A stretch of DNA of 64,000 nt from Macrostomum lignano (lineage: Eukaryota). The stretch is taken from NCBI GenBank assembly GCA_002269645.1, contig NIVC01001057.1:124001-188000 (forward strand). The letters are read 5' to 3'. How positions within the stretch are numbered: position 1 is the stretch's first letter; the number at the start of each line of letters is the position of its first letter. The notes beneath the pieces were generated by a model. The model was not told the DNA's origin and did not search any database. It saw only the letters and a program-made list of their open reading frames with translations. This document shows positions 23,642-36,687 of this stretch, piece after piece. The position numbers and the translations under genes are program-made.

Positions 23642-26600
23642 AAGACAGAGGCAGTTACCTGTGATCATAATCCTCTTCAAGCTCCATCCAGCTGAGACCG
23701 CGCCGCTCTATCGAGCCGCACGCCAGCTCGCGCTGAAATGGGATGAGGATTCAGAATTTCAGTTCCCCAGCTCCCAGTCTCTCGGGTATTGAGGGTCTGA
23801 TTGAGAACAAAAACTCAAACGCCCACGCGCTCGATAGTTGAATGGGAGCAATTAGAGCTAGGGATTTCTCTGCCATGCCCAGCGGTAGTCGGCGGAGCGC
23901 AGAGGACAATGATGGCAAGCAGCCGGACTGCGTTCTGGCCCAGAAACGGACACGCCGAATTTGGGAAAGCGGGGAACTTTGATAAGCGGTCGGGGTTTCA
24001 TAGAAATAGAGGCGAAACACTGGACGGAAACGGAAAAAATTAGAAGATTTTTAGCAATGGGATACCAATCAACACTCTCCGTATCTCAGCCTCCATATCT
24101 CACTCTCCATATCTCACCCTCCATATCTCACCCTCCATATCTCACCCTCCATATCTAACCCTCCATATCTCACCCTCTATATTTTACTCTCCATATCTCA
24201 CTCTTCATATCTCATCCTCAATATCTCACTCTCCATATCTCATCCTCCATATCTCACTCTCCATATCTCATCCTCCATATCTCACTCTCCATATCTCATC
24301 CTCCATATCTAACCCTCCATATCTCACCCTCTATATTTTACTCTCCATATCTCACTCTCCATATCTCATCCTCCATATCTCATCCTCTATATTTTACTCT
24401 CCATATCTCACTCTCCATATCTCATCCTCAATATCTCACTCTCCATATCTCATCCTCCATATCTAACCCTCCATATCTCACCCTCTATATTTTACTCTCC
24501 ATATCTCACTCTTCATATCTCATCCTCCATATCTCACCCTCTATATTTTACTCTCCATATCTCACTCTTCATATCTCATCTTCCATATCTCACTCTCCAT
24601 ATCTCATTCTTCATATCTCATCCTCCATATCTCACCCTCTATATTTTACTCTCCATATCTCACTCTTCATATCTCATCTTCCATATCTCACTCTCCATAT
24701 CTCATTCTCCATATCTCATCCTCCATATCCTCCATATATCCTCCACTCTATAACCCCCTCTCCTCCATATCTCACTCTCCATATCTCACCCTCCATACCA
24801 CACCCTTTATATCTCACTCTCTATAACCCCCCTCTCCTCCATATCTCACTCTCCATATCTCACCCTCCATACCACACCCTTCATGTCTCACCCTTTATAT
24901 CTCACTCTCTATAACCCCCCTCCTCCATATCTCACCCTCCATACCTCACTCTTTATATATCAGAAGACAGAATCGGGCCGCATTCGCTCCAAATCCAGTC
25001 GATTGGGGCGCACTGGTTTGGCCCGGCTCACGGCTGAGCACGCGGGGAGGGCGTGACTGGAGGGGTGGAGGGACACTAAAGAACAGCGAGGCTCCTCTCA
25101 CCTCGGCCAAGGCCAGCAGCCGCTCCAGAGTTTCCACATTGGCAAACAGAAAGAATTTTGCCTCTGAGAATTGCGACCGCCTTTGGCCGGAGTCTGGAAA
25201 TGGGGAGTTTTCGGGTCAGAGAGAAGCTGCATCGTTTGAGACTGCGGATTTCAGTCTAGAGAGTATCATCTGATGCCTCATCTACCCACCTGATGCCTCA
25301 TCTACCCACCTGATGCCCTATTTATCCACCTGATGCCTCATCTATCCATCTGATGCTCCATCTATCCACCTGATGCCTCATCTATCCACCTGATGCCTCA
25401 TCTACCCCCCCCCCTGATGCCCCATCTATCCACCTGATGCCTCATCTATCCATCTGATGCCTCATCTATCCACCTGATGCCTCATCTATCCACCTGATGC
25501 CTCATTTATCCACCTGATGCCTTATCTACCCCCCCCCCCTAATGCCTCATCTATCCCCCTAATGCCTCATCTATCCTCCCTGATGCCTCATCTATACACC
25601 TGATGCCTCATCTATCCACCTGATGCCTCCTCTATCCATTTGATGCCTCATTTATCCCCCTGATGCCTCATCTATCCACCTGATGCCTCATCTATCCACC
25701 TGATCCCTCATCTATCCACCTGATGCCTCATCTATCCACCTGATGCCTCCTCTATCCACCTGATCCCTCATCTATCCATCTGATACCTCATCTATCACTC
25801 CAGCTCACCGCGCCAGTCCCGGCCGGTCAGCAGCAACCCCAGGCTGCTCAAGCGGTCCCTGGCCAGCCTGTATCCGGGATGGCTCTCCCAGCCTGCCCGG
25901 AAAATCGCCTCAAACCGCGACCCGGCCGCTGAGAACTTGGCCAGTTCGTCCCGACTCAGACAGGCAAAGAATTCGGTCTGGATGAAAGAGCGTGGATGGA
26001 GGGACACACTGCAGGTAACACTGGAGGTGGAAGCGTTGGATGGAGGCACACACTGCAGGTAGCACTGGAGGTGGAAGCGGTGGATGGAGGGACACACTGC
26101 AGGTAACACTGGAGGTGGAAGCGGTGGATGGAGGGACACACTGCAGGTAACACTGGAGTTGGAAGCGGTGGATGGAGGGACACACTGCAGGTAACACTGG
26201 AGGTGGAAGCGTTGGATGGAGGCACACACTACTGTCAGCCTACCTCAGAGTCGAGTACTCCCCCTTGACGCCGAGCGCCAAGGCCCAGAAGGTTATTCGC
26301 GCCAGCAGCCGCGCGCACTCGGCGAATTCAGCGACCTCCAGCTGGCGGCGAAGCTCCTTGGCGCATCAACGGCGGCCGGTAGGGCGGCGGCAGCAGCAGC
26401 AGCGGCGCCGGCAGCAGCAGCTCCGACCGCGGAGGCTGCGAACTCGCCACAGCCAGCTGTCCGAGTTGTCCAACAGCTGAAGCTCCTCGTCAGCAAATAC
26501 GGTCTCCTGCAGGACAGGCAGCGGTTGAGTGAGATCTGGGCGCTTTGTGATTAGTTGGAGGGGTGGGGGAACAAACCCCTACCCCCAGTGTACACTGGCC

Positions 26601-28520
26601 ACTGGACAGGGTGGAGGAACAAACCCCTACCCCAGTGTACACTGGCCACTGGACAGGGTGGGGGAAGAAACCCTACCCTAGTGTACACTGGCCACTGGAC
26701 AGTGTGGGGGAAAAACCCCCTACCCCAGTGTACACTGGCCACTGGACAGGGTGGGGAACAACCTCCTACCCCAGTGTACACTGGTCACTGGACAGGGGGG
26801 GAACAAACCCTCCCCCAGTGTACACAAGTCAGCCCGCTAGAGAAGGGGATGGTGAATAAACCGCTACATCCGTACACACCAACCGATGTAGTTGGGGGAG
26901 GGTTTGCTCGATGTCGCCGAACTGGACGGTGGTGTGGGTAGCAAACCCTACCCCTGAATTCACCCAGAGCTCAACAGCGGGCTTACAAACTCGCTCGGCT
27001 GGCCGACCACCCTGGCTGAGAAGGCAGCCAGACAGCGGCACCAGGTAGCTTCGGTGATGGCGCCCGGCCGGCGCAGATGGCAAGGAGCCAGGAGGCGGGC
27101 CCGCTGGCTCAGTTGATCCGCTTTGAACTGCCACATGCTGAGTGCGCTGAACATTGACTGACAGGATGGGGAGTTAGAGAGACGTGTTATACTACTGAGC
27201 AGATACAGTAGTGTTGTTTTGTCAGCTTGCGATAGCAAATAAAACAAAGGCAAATACAAGTACATTCATGCGCTCATGCAGGAGTCAGCGGAACGAGCAG
27301 AGTTGCCTCGCCTCTGGTGGCGGGACGTCGCCGAAGGTTGCGCCAGGGTTCCCGCAGCCCTCCTGCAACCATTAAGGTTATATAAATACCCAAGCAACCC
27401 CTCCATTCCTAGAATCCGAGTCAGTTCCTAGTGGTCTCGGGCTCTAACCTGGGCCACGTCAACCGCCTCCAGAAAGCGGTCGGCCGCCCCAGCCGAGTCG
27501 TCCCATCGCTGGCCGACCCAGCTGGCGAGGCGGTGTCGGGCAGATGCGAGGCTAGCCGGAGCGGCCGCCCGCAACAGGCGGAGCTCCCGGTGGAAGGCGG
27601 CAAAGTCGGCCGCGTGCCGCAGCTGGCAGGCGAGCAGTCAGCCAGGACGGCGAGCTCGGCGGCGCCCGACCGGAGAGTCGCCACGTCGAGGAACAGCCGC
27701 CTGCCGACAGCTTCGTGGTCTTCTGCGTCGGCGGCGCTGTCTCCAGCTTCGACGAAGGTCATCACTGACGTCGCCGAAGACTCATTGAAGGCGGCGGCTG
27801 CGTCGATCAGGCCGAGCTCCGACTGCATCGCCGACAACTGCCGCGGCACATTGTAAGGGCATATACATGTACGAGGGCAAGTCTTGGCTTGACTGCATAC
27901 GTACGAGTGCAGTACACTATAAAGAGAATGCGGCAATATTGGCCGTTGTCACAAGTTCCGGTAGCAACTAAACAGAAGTTCTGTCCAAGAGGTAAATTCA
28001 TGGCAGCTAAAGCAGAACGCTACAACTCGATTTCCAAGAAAAAAGCCGGTAAAGAACTCATGTCGCATCGACAGTGCATTCAGTGTTTTCGCAACCGAAT
28101 TTGTCTATGGCAAAACCCCTTTTAGCGATATGCGTTCTCTATGCGCATATCGTACGCTGCTTGCCGGCCTTCAGCTCATTTCTAAGAAAATCCAGTGTCG
28201 CGTCCTTCTACTTCAAATGTCCATGTGGATGGAAATGGAACTCCTTCGGAATGTCCTTCGCGAAAGAAACTGGCCTACTAGGAAGTCTCGCAGATCTTTG
28301 AACCACTGAAAAAACGCACCGCCAGCCGCTGAGTCGCCAGCCCAACCGCATCCATCGTCCCGGCCACGTCCGAGTCCAGCGATTGACTTCGCGAAGCCTT
28401 GGCCGATTTCAGTTCGTCCAACAGCGCCGGCTGCCGCGGCCTGTTGAAGGGGAAGATTCGCGCGCGCGCTGCATCCACTAAGAGGCTTGAGTTGAGAACG
28501 CAGCAGAGCACAGTGGAACT
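21500..28520 (-). CDS. Plakin/spectraplakin-like gene with apparent frameshifts. Exons resolved: 27157-26987, 26506-26244, 25977-25809, 25163-25102, 23732-23659, 23350-23238, 22203-~21500; further degenerate exons at ~27270-27860 and ~28250-28520
   Basis: Plakin SH3 signature [37 protein letters not shown], a spectrin-like [15 protein letters not shown] segment, and plectin-type repeats ([24 protein letters not shown]; [24 protein letters not shown]; [12 protein letters not shown]). Most junctions are phase-compatible. Confidence 0.7.
22225..22915. repeat. 37-bp minisatellite (tagattagcaatccattctattccttcatcagtgggc)n, ~18 copies
   Basis: Direct inspection; lies in a plakin-like intron. Confidence 0.97.
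23385..23650. repeat. (AGAC)n microsatellite filling a plakin-like intron
   Basis: Direct inspection. Confidence 0.97.
24080..24945. repeat. 14-bp minisatellite (ccatatctcactct)n
   Basis: Direct inspection. Confidence 0.9.
25268..25797. repeat. 20-bp minisatellite (tgatgcctcatctatccacc)n
   Basis: Direct inspection. Confidence 0.9.
25990..26230. repeat. ~5 x 44-bp repeat filling intron 25978-26243
   Basis: Period 44 (26001, 26045, 26089). Confidence 0.9.
26560..26825. repeat. ~45-bp repeat containing the perfect palindrome CCAGTGTACACTGG
   Basis: About 6 units by inspection. Confidence 0.85.
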
Positions 28521-29021
28521 TGCCGGGCCGAGATGAGACCGAATATATGGAGCAGCGGCAGTAAACTGGCACTTAATAACCTCTGACCCACCCCCGCGCT
28601 GAGCAGCCATTCAGGCTAGCAAGCCGTGCTCGAGTGCTGGCGAGATGCGACTCTCGACTTGGTTTTCTCTCGCTGTTGAAGTGCTAAACAGGATTTTACG
28701 CTTCATCATTTGGATTTATCTGACCGCGGGGCAGCCCAGCAGTGCAATTATCAATCTCATACAGCTTGACATCACTGCTCTGCTCCCGTGACCCACGCAG
28801 AGCCCTCACAGAATGCGAGAATTGATAGCTCGGCTTTGGACACGCGCAAACTGTTTTATTGGCAGGTGGGGCGGCCAGTCTGGGGGCAATTAACCGGCGC
28901 CAGAGATTTTATGAGCAGCGGCCACCTGACTGCAGCTGGGCTCTGAGAGACTGCTCTGATATTATTTTATTTGTTTTTTACTTGGAACCTGCAGTTTAGG
29001 AGCTTGACGCGTTCTCTTCTA

Positions 29022-32000
29022 GCCAGTGTGAGAGCTGTCCCTATCCAGTGTGAGAGCTGTCCCTATTGAATGTGAGAGCAGTCCCTATCCAGTGTGAGAG
29101 CTGTCCCTATCCAGTGTGAGAGCTGTCCCCATCCAGTGAGAGAGCTGTCCCTATCCGGTGTGAGAGCTGTCTCCATCCAGTGAGAGCTGTCCCTATCCAG
29201 TGTGAGAGCTGTCCCTATCCGGTGTGAGAGCTGTCTCCATCCAGTGAGAGAGCTGTCCCTATCCAGTGTGAGAGCTGTCCCTATCCAGTGTGAGAGCTGT
29301 CCCTATCCGGTGTGAGAGCTGTCCCTATCCAGTGTGAGAGCTGTCCCTATTGAATGTGAGAGCAGTCCCTATCCAGTGTGAGAGCTGTCCCTATCCAGTG
29401 TGAGAGCTGTCCCCATCCAGTGAGAGAGCTGTCCCTATCCGGTGTGAGAGCTGTCTCCATCCAGTGAGAGCTGTCCCTATCCAGTGTGAGAGCTGTCCCT
29501 ATCCGGTGTGAGAGCTGTCTCCATCCAGTGAGAGAGCTGTCCCTATCCAGTGTGAGAGCTGTCCCTATCCAGTGTGAGAGCTGTCCCTATCCGGTGTGAG
29601 AGCTGTCCCTATCCAGTGTGAGAGCTGTCTCTATCCAGTGTGAGAGCTGTCCCTTTCCAGTGTGAGAGCTGTCTCTATCCAGTGTGAGAGCTGTCCCTAT
29701 CCAGTGTGAGAGCTGTCCCCATCCAGTGAGAGAGCTGTCCCTATCCGGTGTGAGAGCTGTCTCCATCCAGTGAGAGCTGTCCCTATCCGGTGTGAGAGCT
29801 GTCTCCATCCAGTGAGAGAGCTGTCCCTATCCAGTGTGAGAGCTGTCCCTATCCAGTGTGAGAGCTGTCTCTATCCAGTGTGAGAGCTGTCCCTTTCCAG
29901 TGTGAGAGCTGTCTCCATCCAGTGAGAGAGCTGTCCCTATCCAGTGTGAGAGCTGTCCCTATCCAGTGTGAGAGCTGTCCCTATCCGGTGTGAGAGCTGT
30001 CCCTATCCAGTGAGAGAGCTGTCCCTATCCAGTGTGAGAGCTGTCCCTATCCGGTGTGAGAGCTGTCTCCATCCAGTGAGAGAGCTGTCCCTTTCCAGTG
30101 TGAGAGCTGTCTCCATCCAGTGTGAGAGCTGTCTCCATCCAGTGTGAGAGCTGTCCCTATCCAGTGTGAGAGCTGTCTCCATCCAGTGTGAGAGCTGTCT
30201 CCATCCAGTGAGAGAGCTGTCCCTATCCAGTGTGAGAGCTGTCTCCATCCAGTGTGAGAGCTGTCTCCATCCAGTGTGAGAGCTGTCCCTATCCAGTGTG
30301 AGAGCTGTCCCTATCCAGTGTGAGAGCTGTCTCCATCCAGTGTGAGAGCTGTCTCTATCCAGTGTGAGAGCTGTCCCTTTCCAGTGTGAGAGCTGTCTCC
30401 ATCCAGTGAGAGAGCTGTCCCTATCCAGTGAGAGAGCTGTCCCTATCCAGTGTGAGAGCTGTCCCTATCCGGTGTGAGAGCTGTCTCCATCCAGTGAGAG
30501 AGCTGTCCCTATCCAGTGTGAGAGCTGTCCCTATCCAGTGTGAGAGCTGTCCCTATCCGGTGTGAGAGCTGTCCCTATCCAGTGTGAGAGCTGTCTCTAT
30601 CCAGTGTGAGAGCTGTCCCTTTCCAGTGTGAGAGCTGTCTCCATCCAGTGAGAGAGCTGTCCCTATCCAGTGTGAGAGCTGTCCCTATCCAGTGTGAGAG
30701 CTGTCCCTATCCGGTGTGAGAGCTGTCCCTATCCAGTGTGAGAGCTGTCCCTATCCAGTGTGAGAGCTGTCCCTATCCGGTGTGAGAGCAGTCTCCATCC
30801 AGTGAGAGAGCTGTCCCTTTCCAGTGTGAGAGCTGTCTCCATCCAGTGTGAGAGCTGTCTCCATCCAGTGTGAGAGCTGTCTCTATCCAGTGTGAGAGCT
30901 GTCTCCATCCAGTGTGAGAGCTGTCTCCATCCAGTGTGAGAGCTGTCCCTATCCAGTATGAGAGCTGTCTCCATCCAGTGTGAGAGCTGTCTCCATCCAG
31001 TGAGAGAGCTGTCCCTATCCAGTGTGAGAGCTGTCTCCATCCAGTGTGAGAGCTGTCTCCATCCAGTGTGAGAGCTGTCCCTATCCAGTGTGAGAGCTGT
31101 CCCTATCCAGTGTGAGAGCTGTCCCTATCCGGTGTGAGAGCTGTCCCTATCCAGTGAGAGAGCTGTCCCTATCCAGTGAGAGAGCTGTCCCTATTGAATG
31201 TGAGAGCTGTCCCTATCCAGTGTGAGAGCTGTCTCCATCCAGTGAGAGAGCTGTCCCTATCCAGTGTGAGAGCTGTCTCCATCCAGTGTGAGAGCTGTCC
31301 CTATCCAGTGTGAGAGCTGTCTCCATCCAGTGTGAGAGCTGTCTCCATCCAGTGTGAGAGCTGTCCCTATCCAGTGTGAGAGCTGTCCCTATCCGGTGTG
31401 TGAGCTGTCCCTATCCAGTGAGAGAGCTGTCCCTATTGAATGTGAGAGCTGTCCCTATCCAGTGTGAGAGCTGTCCCTATCCAGTGTGAGAGCTGTCCCT
31501 ATCCAGTGTGAGAGCTGTCTCCATCCAGTGTGAGAGCTGTCTCTATCCAGTGTGAGAGCTGTCTCCATCCAGTGTGAGAGCTGTCCCTATCCAGTGTGAG
31601 AGCTGTCCCTATCCGGTGTGAGAGCTGTCCCTATCCAGTGAGAGAGCTGTCCCTATTGAATGTGAGAGCTGTCCCTATCCAGTGTGAGAGCTGTCTCCAT
31701 CCAGTGTGAGAGCTGTCTCCATCCAGTGTGAGAGCTGTCTCTATCCAGTGTGAGAGCTGTCCCTATCCAGTGTGAGAGCTGTCTCCATCCAGTGAGAGAG
31801 CTGTCCCTATTGAATGTGAGAGCTGTCCCTATCCAGTGTGAGAGCTGTCCCTATCCAGTGTGAGAGCTGTCCCTATCCAGTGTGAGAGCTGTCTCCATCC
31901 AGTGTGAGAGCTGTCTCTATCCAGTGTGAGAGCTGTCTCCATCCAGTGTGAGAGCTGTCCCTATCCAGTGTGAGAGCTGTCCCTATCCGGTGTGAGAGCT

Positions 32001-33602
32001 GTCCCTATCCAGTGAGAGAGCTGTCCCTATTGAATGTGAGAGCTGTCCCTATCCAGTGTGAGAGCTGTCTCCATCCAGTGTGAGAGCTGTCTCCATCCAG
32101 TGTGAGAGCTGTCTCTATCCAGTGTGAGAGCTGTCCCTATCCAGTGTGAGAGCTGTCTCCATCCAGTGAGAGAGCTGTCCCTATTGAATGTGAGAGCTGT
32201 CCCTATCCAGTGTGAGAGCTGTCCCTATCCAGTGTGAGAGCTGTCCCTATCCAGTGTGAGAGCTGTCTCCATCCAGTGTGAGAGCTGTCTCTATCCAGTG
32301 TGAGAGCTGTCTCCATCCAGTGTGAGAGCTGTCCCTATCCAGTGTGAGAGCTGTCCCTATCCGGTGTGAGAGCTGTCCCTATCCAGTGAGAGAGCTGTCC
32401 CTATTGAATGTGAGAGCTGTCCCTATCCAGTGTGAGAGCTGTCTCCATCCAGTGTGAGAGCTGTCTCCATCCAGTGTGAGAGCTGTCTCTATCCAGTGTG
32501 AGAGCTGTCCCTATCCAGTGTGAGAGCTGTCTCCATCCAGTGAGAGAGCTGTCCCTATTGAATGTGAGAGCTGTCCCTATCCAGTGTGAGAGCTGTCCCT
32601 ATCCAGTGTGAGAGCTGTCCCTATCCAGTGTGAGAGCTGTCTCCATCCAGTGTGAGAGCTGTCTCTATCCAGTGTGAGAGCTGTCTCCATCCAGTGTGAG
32701 AGCTGTCCCTATCCAGTGTGAGAGCTGTCCCTATCCGGTGTGAGAGCTGTCCCTATCCAGTGAGAGAGCTGTCCCTATTGAATGTGAGAGCTGTCCCTAT
32801 CCAGTGTGAGAGCTGTCTCCATCCAGTGTGAGAGCTGTCTCCATCCAGTGTGAGAGCTGTCTCTATCCAGTGTGAGAGCTGTCCCTATCCAGTGTGAGAG
32901 CTGTCTCCATCCAGTGTGAGAGCTGTCTCTATCCAGTGTGAGAGCTGTCTCTATCCAGTGTGAGAGCTGTCTCCATCCAGTGAGAGAGCTGTCCCTTTCC
33001 AGTGTGAGAGCTGTCTCCATCCAGTGTGAGAGCTGTCTCCATCCAGTGTGAGAGCTGTCTCTATCCAGTGTGAGAGCTGTCTCCATCCAGTGTGAGAGCT
33101 GTCTCCATCCAGTGTGAGAGCTGTCCCTATCCAGTGTGAGAGCTGTCCCTATCCAGTGTGAGAGCTGTCTCTATCCAGTGTGAGAGCTGTCTCCATCCAG
33201 TGAGAGAGCTGTCCCTATCCAGTGTGAGAGCTGTCTCCATCCAGTGTGAGAGCTGTCTCCATCCAGTGAGAGAGCTGTCCCTATCCAGTGTGAGAGCTGT
33301 CTCCATCCAGTGTGAGAGCTGTCTCCATCCAGTGAGAGAGCTGTCCCTATCCAGTGTGAGAGCTGTCCCTATCCAGTGTGAGAGCTGTCTCCATCCAGTG
33401 TGAGAGCTGTCCCTATCCAGTGTGAGAGCTGTCTCCATCCAGTGTGAGAGCTGTCTCCATCCAGTGAGAGAGCTGTCTCTATCCGGTGTGAGAGCTGTCC
33501 CTATCCAGTGTGAGAGCTGTCTCCATCCAGTGTGAGAGCTGTCTCCATCCAGTGAGAGAGCTGTCCCTATCCAGTGTGAGAGCTGTCTCCATCCAGTGAG
33601 AC
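29022..33602. repeat. 22-bp satellite (ccagtgtgagagctgtccctat)n, ~205 copies, with higher-order structure
   Basis: Direct inspection. Confidence 0.97.
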
Positions 33603-33941
33603 AGGATGTCAAACAGATGATGAACAGAGGCTGCATAGACAAATATTAGATGGCAGGTACGAGCTAAAATTTGAGCAGTGCAGCCAAATCCACAACACTG
33701 ATCACTGATTCTGTTCTGTATGTTTTGCCACACAAAAATGCTAGCAATTACAAGAATAGCGCAAGGAAATACAAAGATGATCTTGTTAATCTTTGAGTGA
33801 ACGCAGTTCCTCAATATAAGCATAGTATGCGCCGAGAGGCCAGTCGGACCTCACAGCAACGGGATACATCGGGAAATACGCGCTACATTCTACTGAGTGC
33901 CAAGGAGTGTCTGACTACTGAGGCTGAGGAGGCGGTCCTCG

Positions 33942-35311
33942 TCACTTCTCCAGTACGTCTTTCGCCTCGTTGATTTTGGAAGCCAAATAGGGCGATCCGC
34001 CTGGAAATTGCCGGGAGCATCCATTACTCAATCTGCATTGCCGTAGTCACTCGCGTTTCCTGCTTTGCCTGTCCTTTCCCACCTCTGTCCTTCCCCATCC
34101 CACCTCTGTCCTTCCCTATCCCACCTGTCCTTCCCGATCCCACGTCTGCCCTTCCCGATCCCACCTCTGCCCTTCCCGATCCCACCTCTGTCCGCCCCGA
34201 TCCCATCCACTGTCCACCCCGATCCCATCCACTCTGTCCACCCCGATCCCATCCACTCTGTCCACCCCGATCTCATCCACTGTCCGCTCCGATCCCATCC
34301 AATCTGTCCACCCCGATCCCATCCACTCTGTCCGCCCCGATCCCATCCACTCTGTCCACCCCGATCCCATCCACTCTGTCCACCCCGATCCCATCCACTC
34401 TGTCCACCCCGATCCCATCCACTCTGTCCACCCCGATCCCATCCACTCTGTCCGCCCCGATCTCATCCACTGTCCGCTCCGATCCCATCCAATCTGTCCA
34501 CCCCGATCCCATCCACTCTGTCCACCCCGATCCCATCCACTCTGTCCACCCCGATCCCATCCACTCTGTCCACCCCGATCCCATCCACTCTGTCCGCCCC
34601 GATCTCATCCACTGTCCGCTCCGATCCCATCCAATCTGTCCACCCCGATCCCATCCACTCTGTCCACCCCGATCCCATCCACTCTGTCCACCCCGATCCC
34701 ATCCACTCTGTCCACCCCGATCCCATCCACTCTGTCCACCCCGATCCCATCCACTCTGTCCACCCCGATCCCATCCACTCTGTCCACCCCGATCCCATCC
34801 ACTCTGTCCACCCTGATCCCCTCCACTGTCCACCAATCCTGGCACTTGCCTCTATCCGGGTGGTTCAGCAGCATGATCTTCTTGTGCGCTTCCTTGATTT
34901 TGTTTTTGGACGCAGTTTGGCTGAAACGGAGCAACAGAAGAGCGAGTGAGGCTAGGCTGCTGGCATTGGCTGGGTCTGGAAGTTGCCCTCATGGGCAACA
35001 ATCGCAGAGGCCCCAAAATGAACTCGACCGCGCACACAATCAATTTGGTGCGAGGCTCGGATGCCCTGCCCACCCCCTGTTTCTGGCGTTGCCACCCAAA
35101 CTCAGAGAGCAGCAACCAACCTGACTTCCAAGATCCTTGCCGCCTCGCGCTTGCTCATCTTGACCTCGAAGCCGCCGGGCGGGTACTTGGACAGCTCAGG
35201 CAGGCGGAGCATCGCCGCGAACTGCTGCGGATTTTTCACCCGGCTGAGCAGAAACCGGCCGCCGAATCCCACGGCCGCCAGGCACAGCCCGCCAACCACT
35301 AAGGAGGACAT
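33942..35311 (-). CDS. DNAJC19: Mitochondrial import inner membrane translocase J-protein Tim14/Pam18, 3 exons: 35311-35121, 34920-34850, 34000-33942
   Basis: [19 protein letters not shown]...[19 protein letters not shown]|[24 protein letters not shown]|[18 protein letters not shown], with the HPD motif. The second intron has a GC donor. Confidence 0.95.
34065..34835. repeat. 24-bp minisatellite (ccccgatcccatccactctgtcca)n filling DNAJC19 intron 2
   Basis: 8-aa periodicity in spurious ORFs. Confidence 0.95.
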
Positions 35312-35341
35312 CCGGCAGAAATGCGGGAGGGAGCTACTGGC

Positions 35342-36265
35342 TAATGCATTCTCTATCCCCATGCTCAATGCATTCTCTATCCCCATGCTCAATGCATTCT
35401 CTATCCCCATGCTCAATGCATTCTCTATCCCCCATGCTCAATGCATTCTCTATCCCCATGCTCAATGCATTCTCTATCCCCATGCTCAATGCATTCTCTA
35501 TCCCCCATGCTCAATGCATTCTCTATCCCCATGCTCAATGCATTCTCTATCCCCATGCTCAATGCATTCTCTATCCCCCATGCTCAATGCATTCTCTATC
35601 CCCATGCTCAATGCATTCTCTATCCCCATGCTCAATGCATTCTCTATCCCCCATGCTCAATGCATTCTCTATCCCCCATGCTCAATGCATTCTCTATCCC
35701 CATGCTCAATGCATTCTCTATCCCCGATGCTCAATGCATTCTCTATACCCCATGCTCAATGCATTCTCTACCCCCATGCTCAATGCATTCTCTATCCCCA
35801 TGCTCAATGCATTCTCTATCCCCATGCTCAATGCATTCTCTATCCCCCATGCTCAATGCATTCTCTATCCCCATGCTCAATGCATTCTCTATCCCCCATT
35901 CTCAATGCATTCTCTATCCTAATGCATTCCCAATGCCTAATTAATGCATTCCCAATGCCTAATGCATTCCCAATGCCTAATGCATTCCCAATGCCTAATT
36001 AATGCATTCCCAATGCCTAATGCATTCCCAATGCCTAATTAATGCATTCCCAATGCCTAATGCATTCCCAATGCCTAATTAATGCATTCCCAATGCCTAA
36101 TGCATTCCCAATGCCTAATGCATTCCCAATGCCTAATGCATTCCCAATGCCTAATGCATTCCCAATGCCTAATGAATGCATTCCCAATGCCTAATGCATT
36201 CCCAATGCCTAATGCATTCCCAATGCCTAATGAATTCCCAATGCCTAATGCATTCCCAATGCCGA
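35342..36265. repeat. Compound array: 24/25-bp (tgctcaatgcattctctatcccca)n to ~35915, then 18-bp (aatgcattcccaatgcct)n
   Basis: Direct inspection; both monomers share the AATGCATTC core. Confidence 0.93.
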
Positions 36266-36687
36266 ATGCAAACAACAAAATCGAAACAAGAGGAAAAAAA
36301 GCAAGTCGGGAAACAAAACTGCCAGACAGGCGGCATCTGTGAACAGAATTTCGCATTTGCAGCAAATATTACTTTATTATAATTAGTTTAGATAGACATT
36401 TGACATAAGACTGTGTTACAGACAAGGAACCGGTGGATTGGAGGGTGAAGCCTCCGCCGCAGTCGCACTGGATATCAGAGCTATCTGGCAGCCACTGCAG
36501 AGGCCCACAGAAGCAGGCGGTGAGGAGGGGGCGGGGCCGGTGAGTCGGGGACCAGACCGGGCAGAAGGCCGGAAAGAACCGTCAGTCAGTCAGTGCTCAG
36601 GAGCATGCTGGGTATTACGAATGCCGATGATAGTTGCGGGTACGCGAGTAGACAAAGAAAGCAAAGTCAGGCTGAAGGGCCGGCCGG

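Noticed and set aside
33479-33823. Hydrophobic ORF running into the 22-bp satellite
   Set aside because: AT-rich, starts with a non-ATG codon, no homology recognised; probably the DNAJC19 3' UTR or flank.
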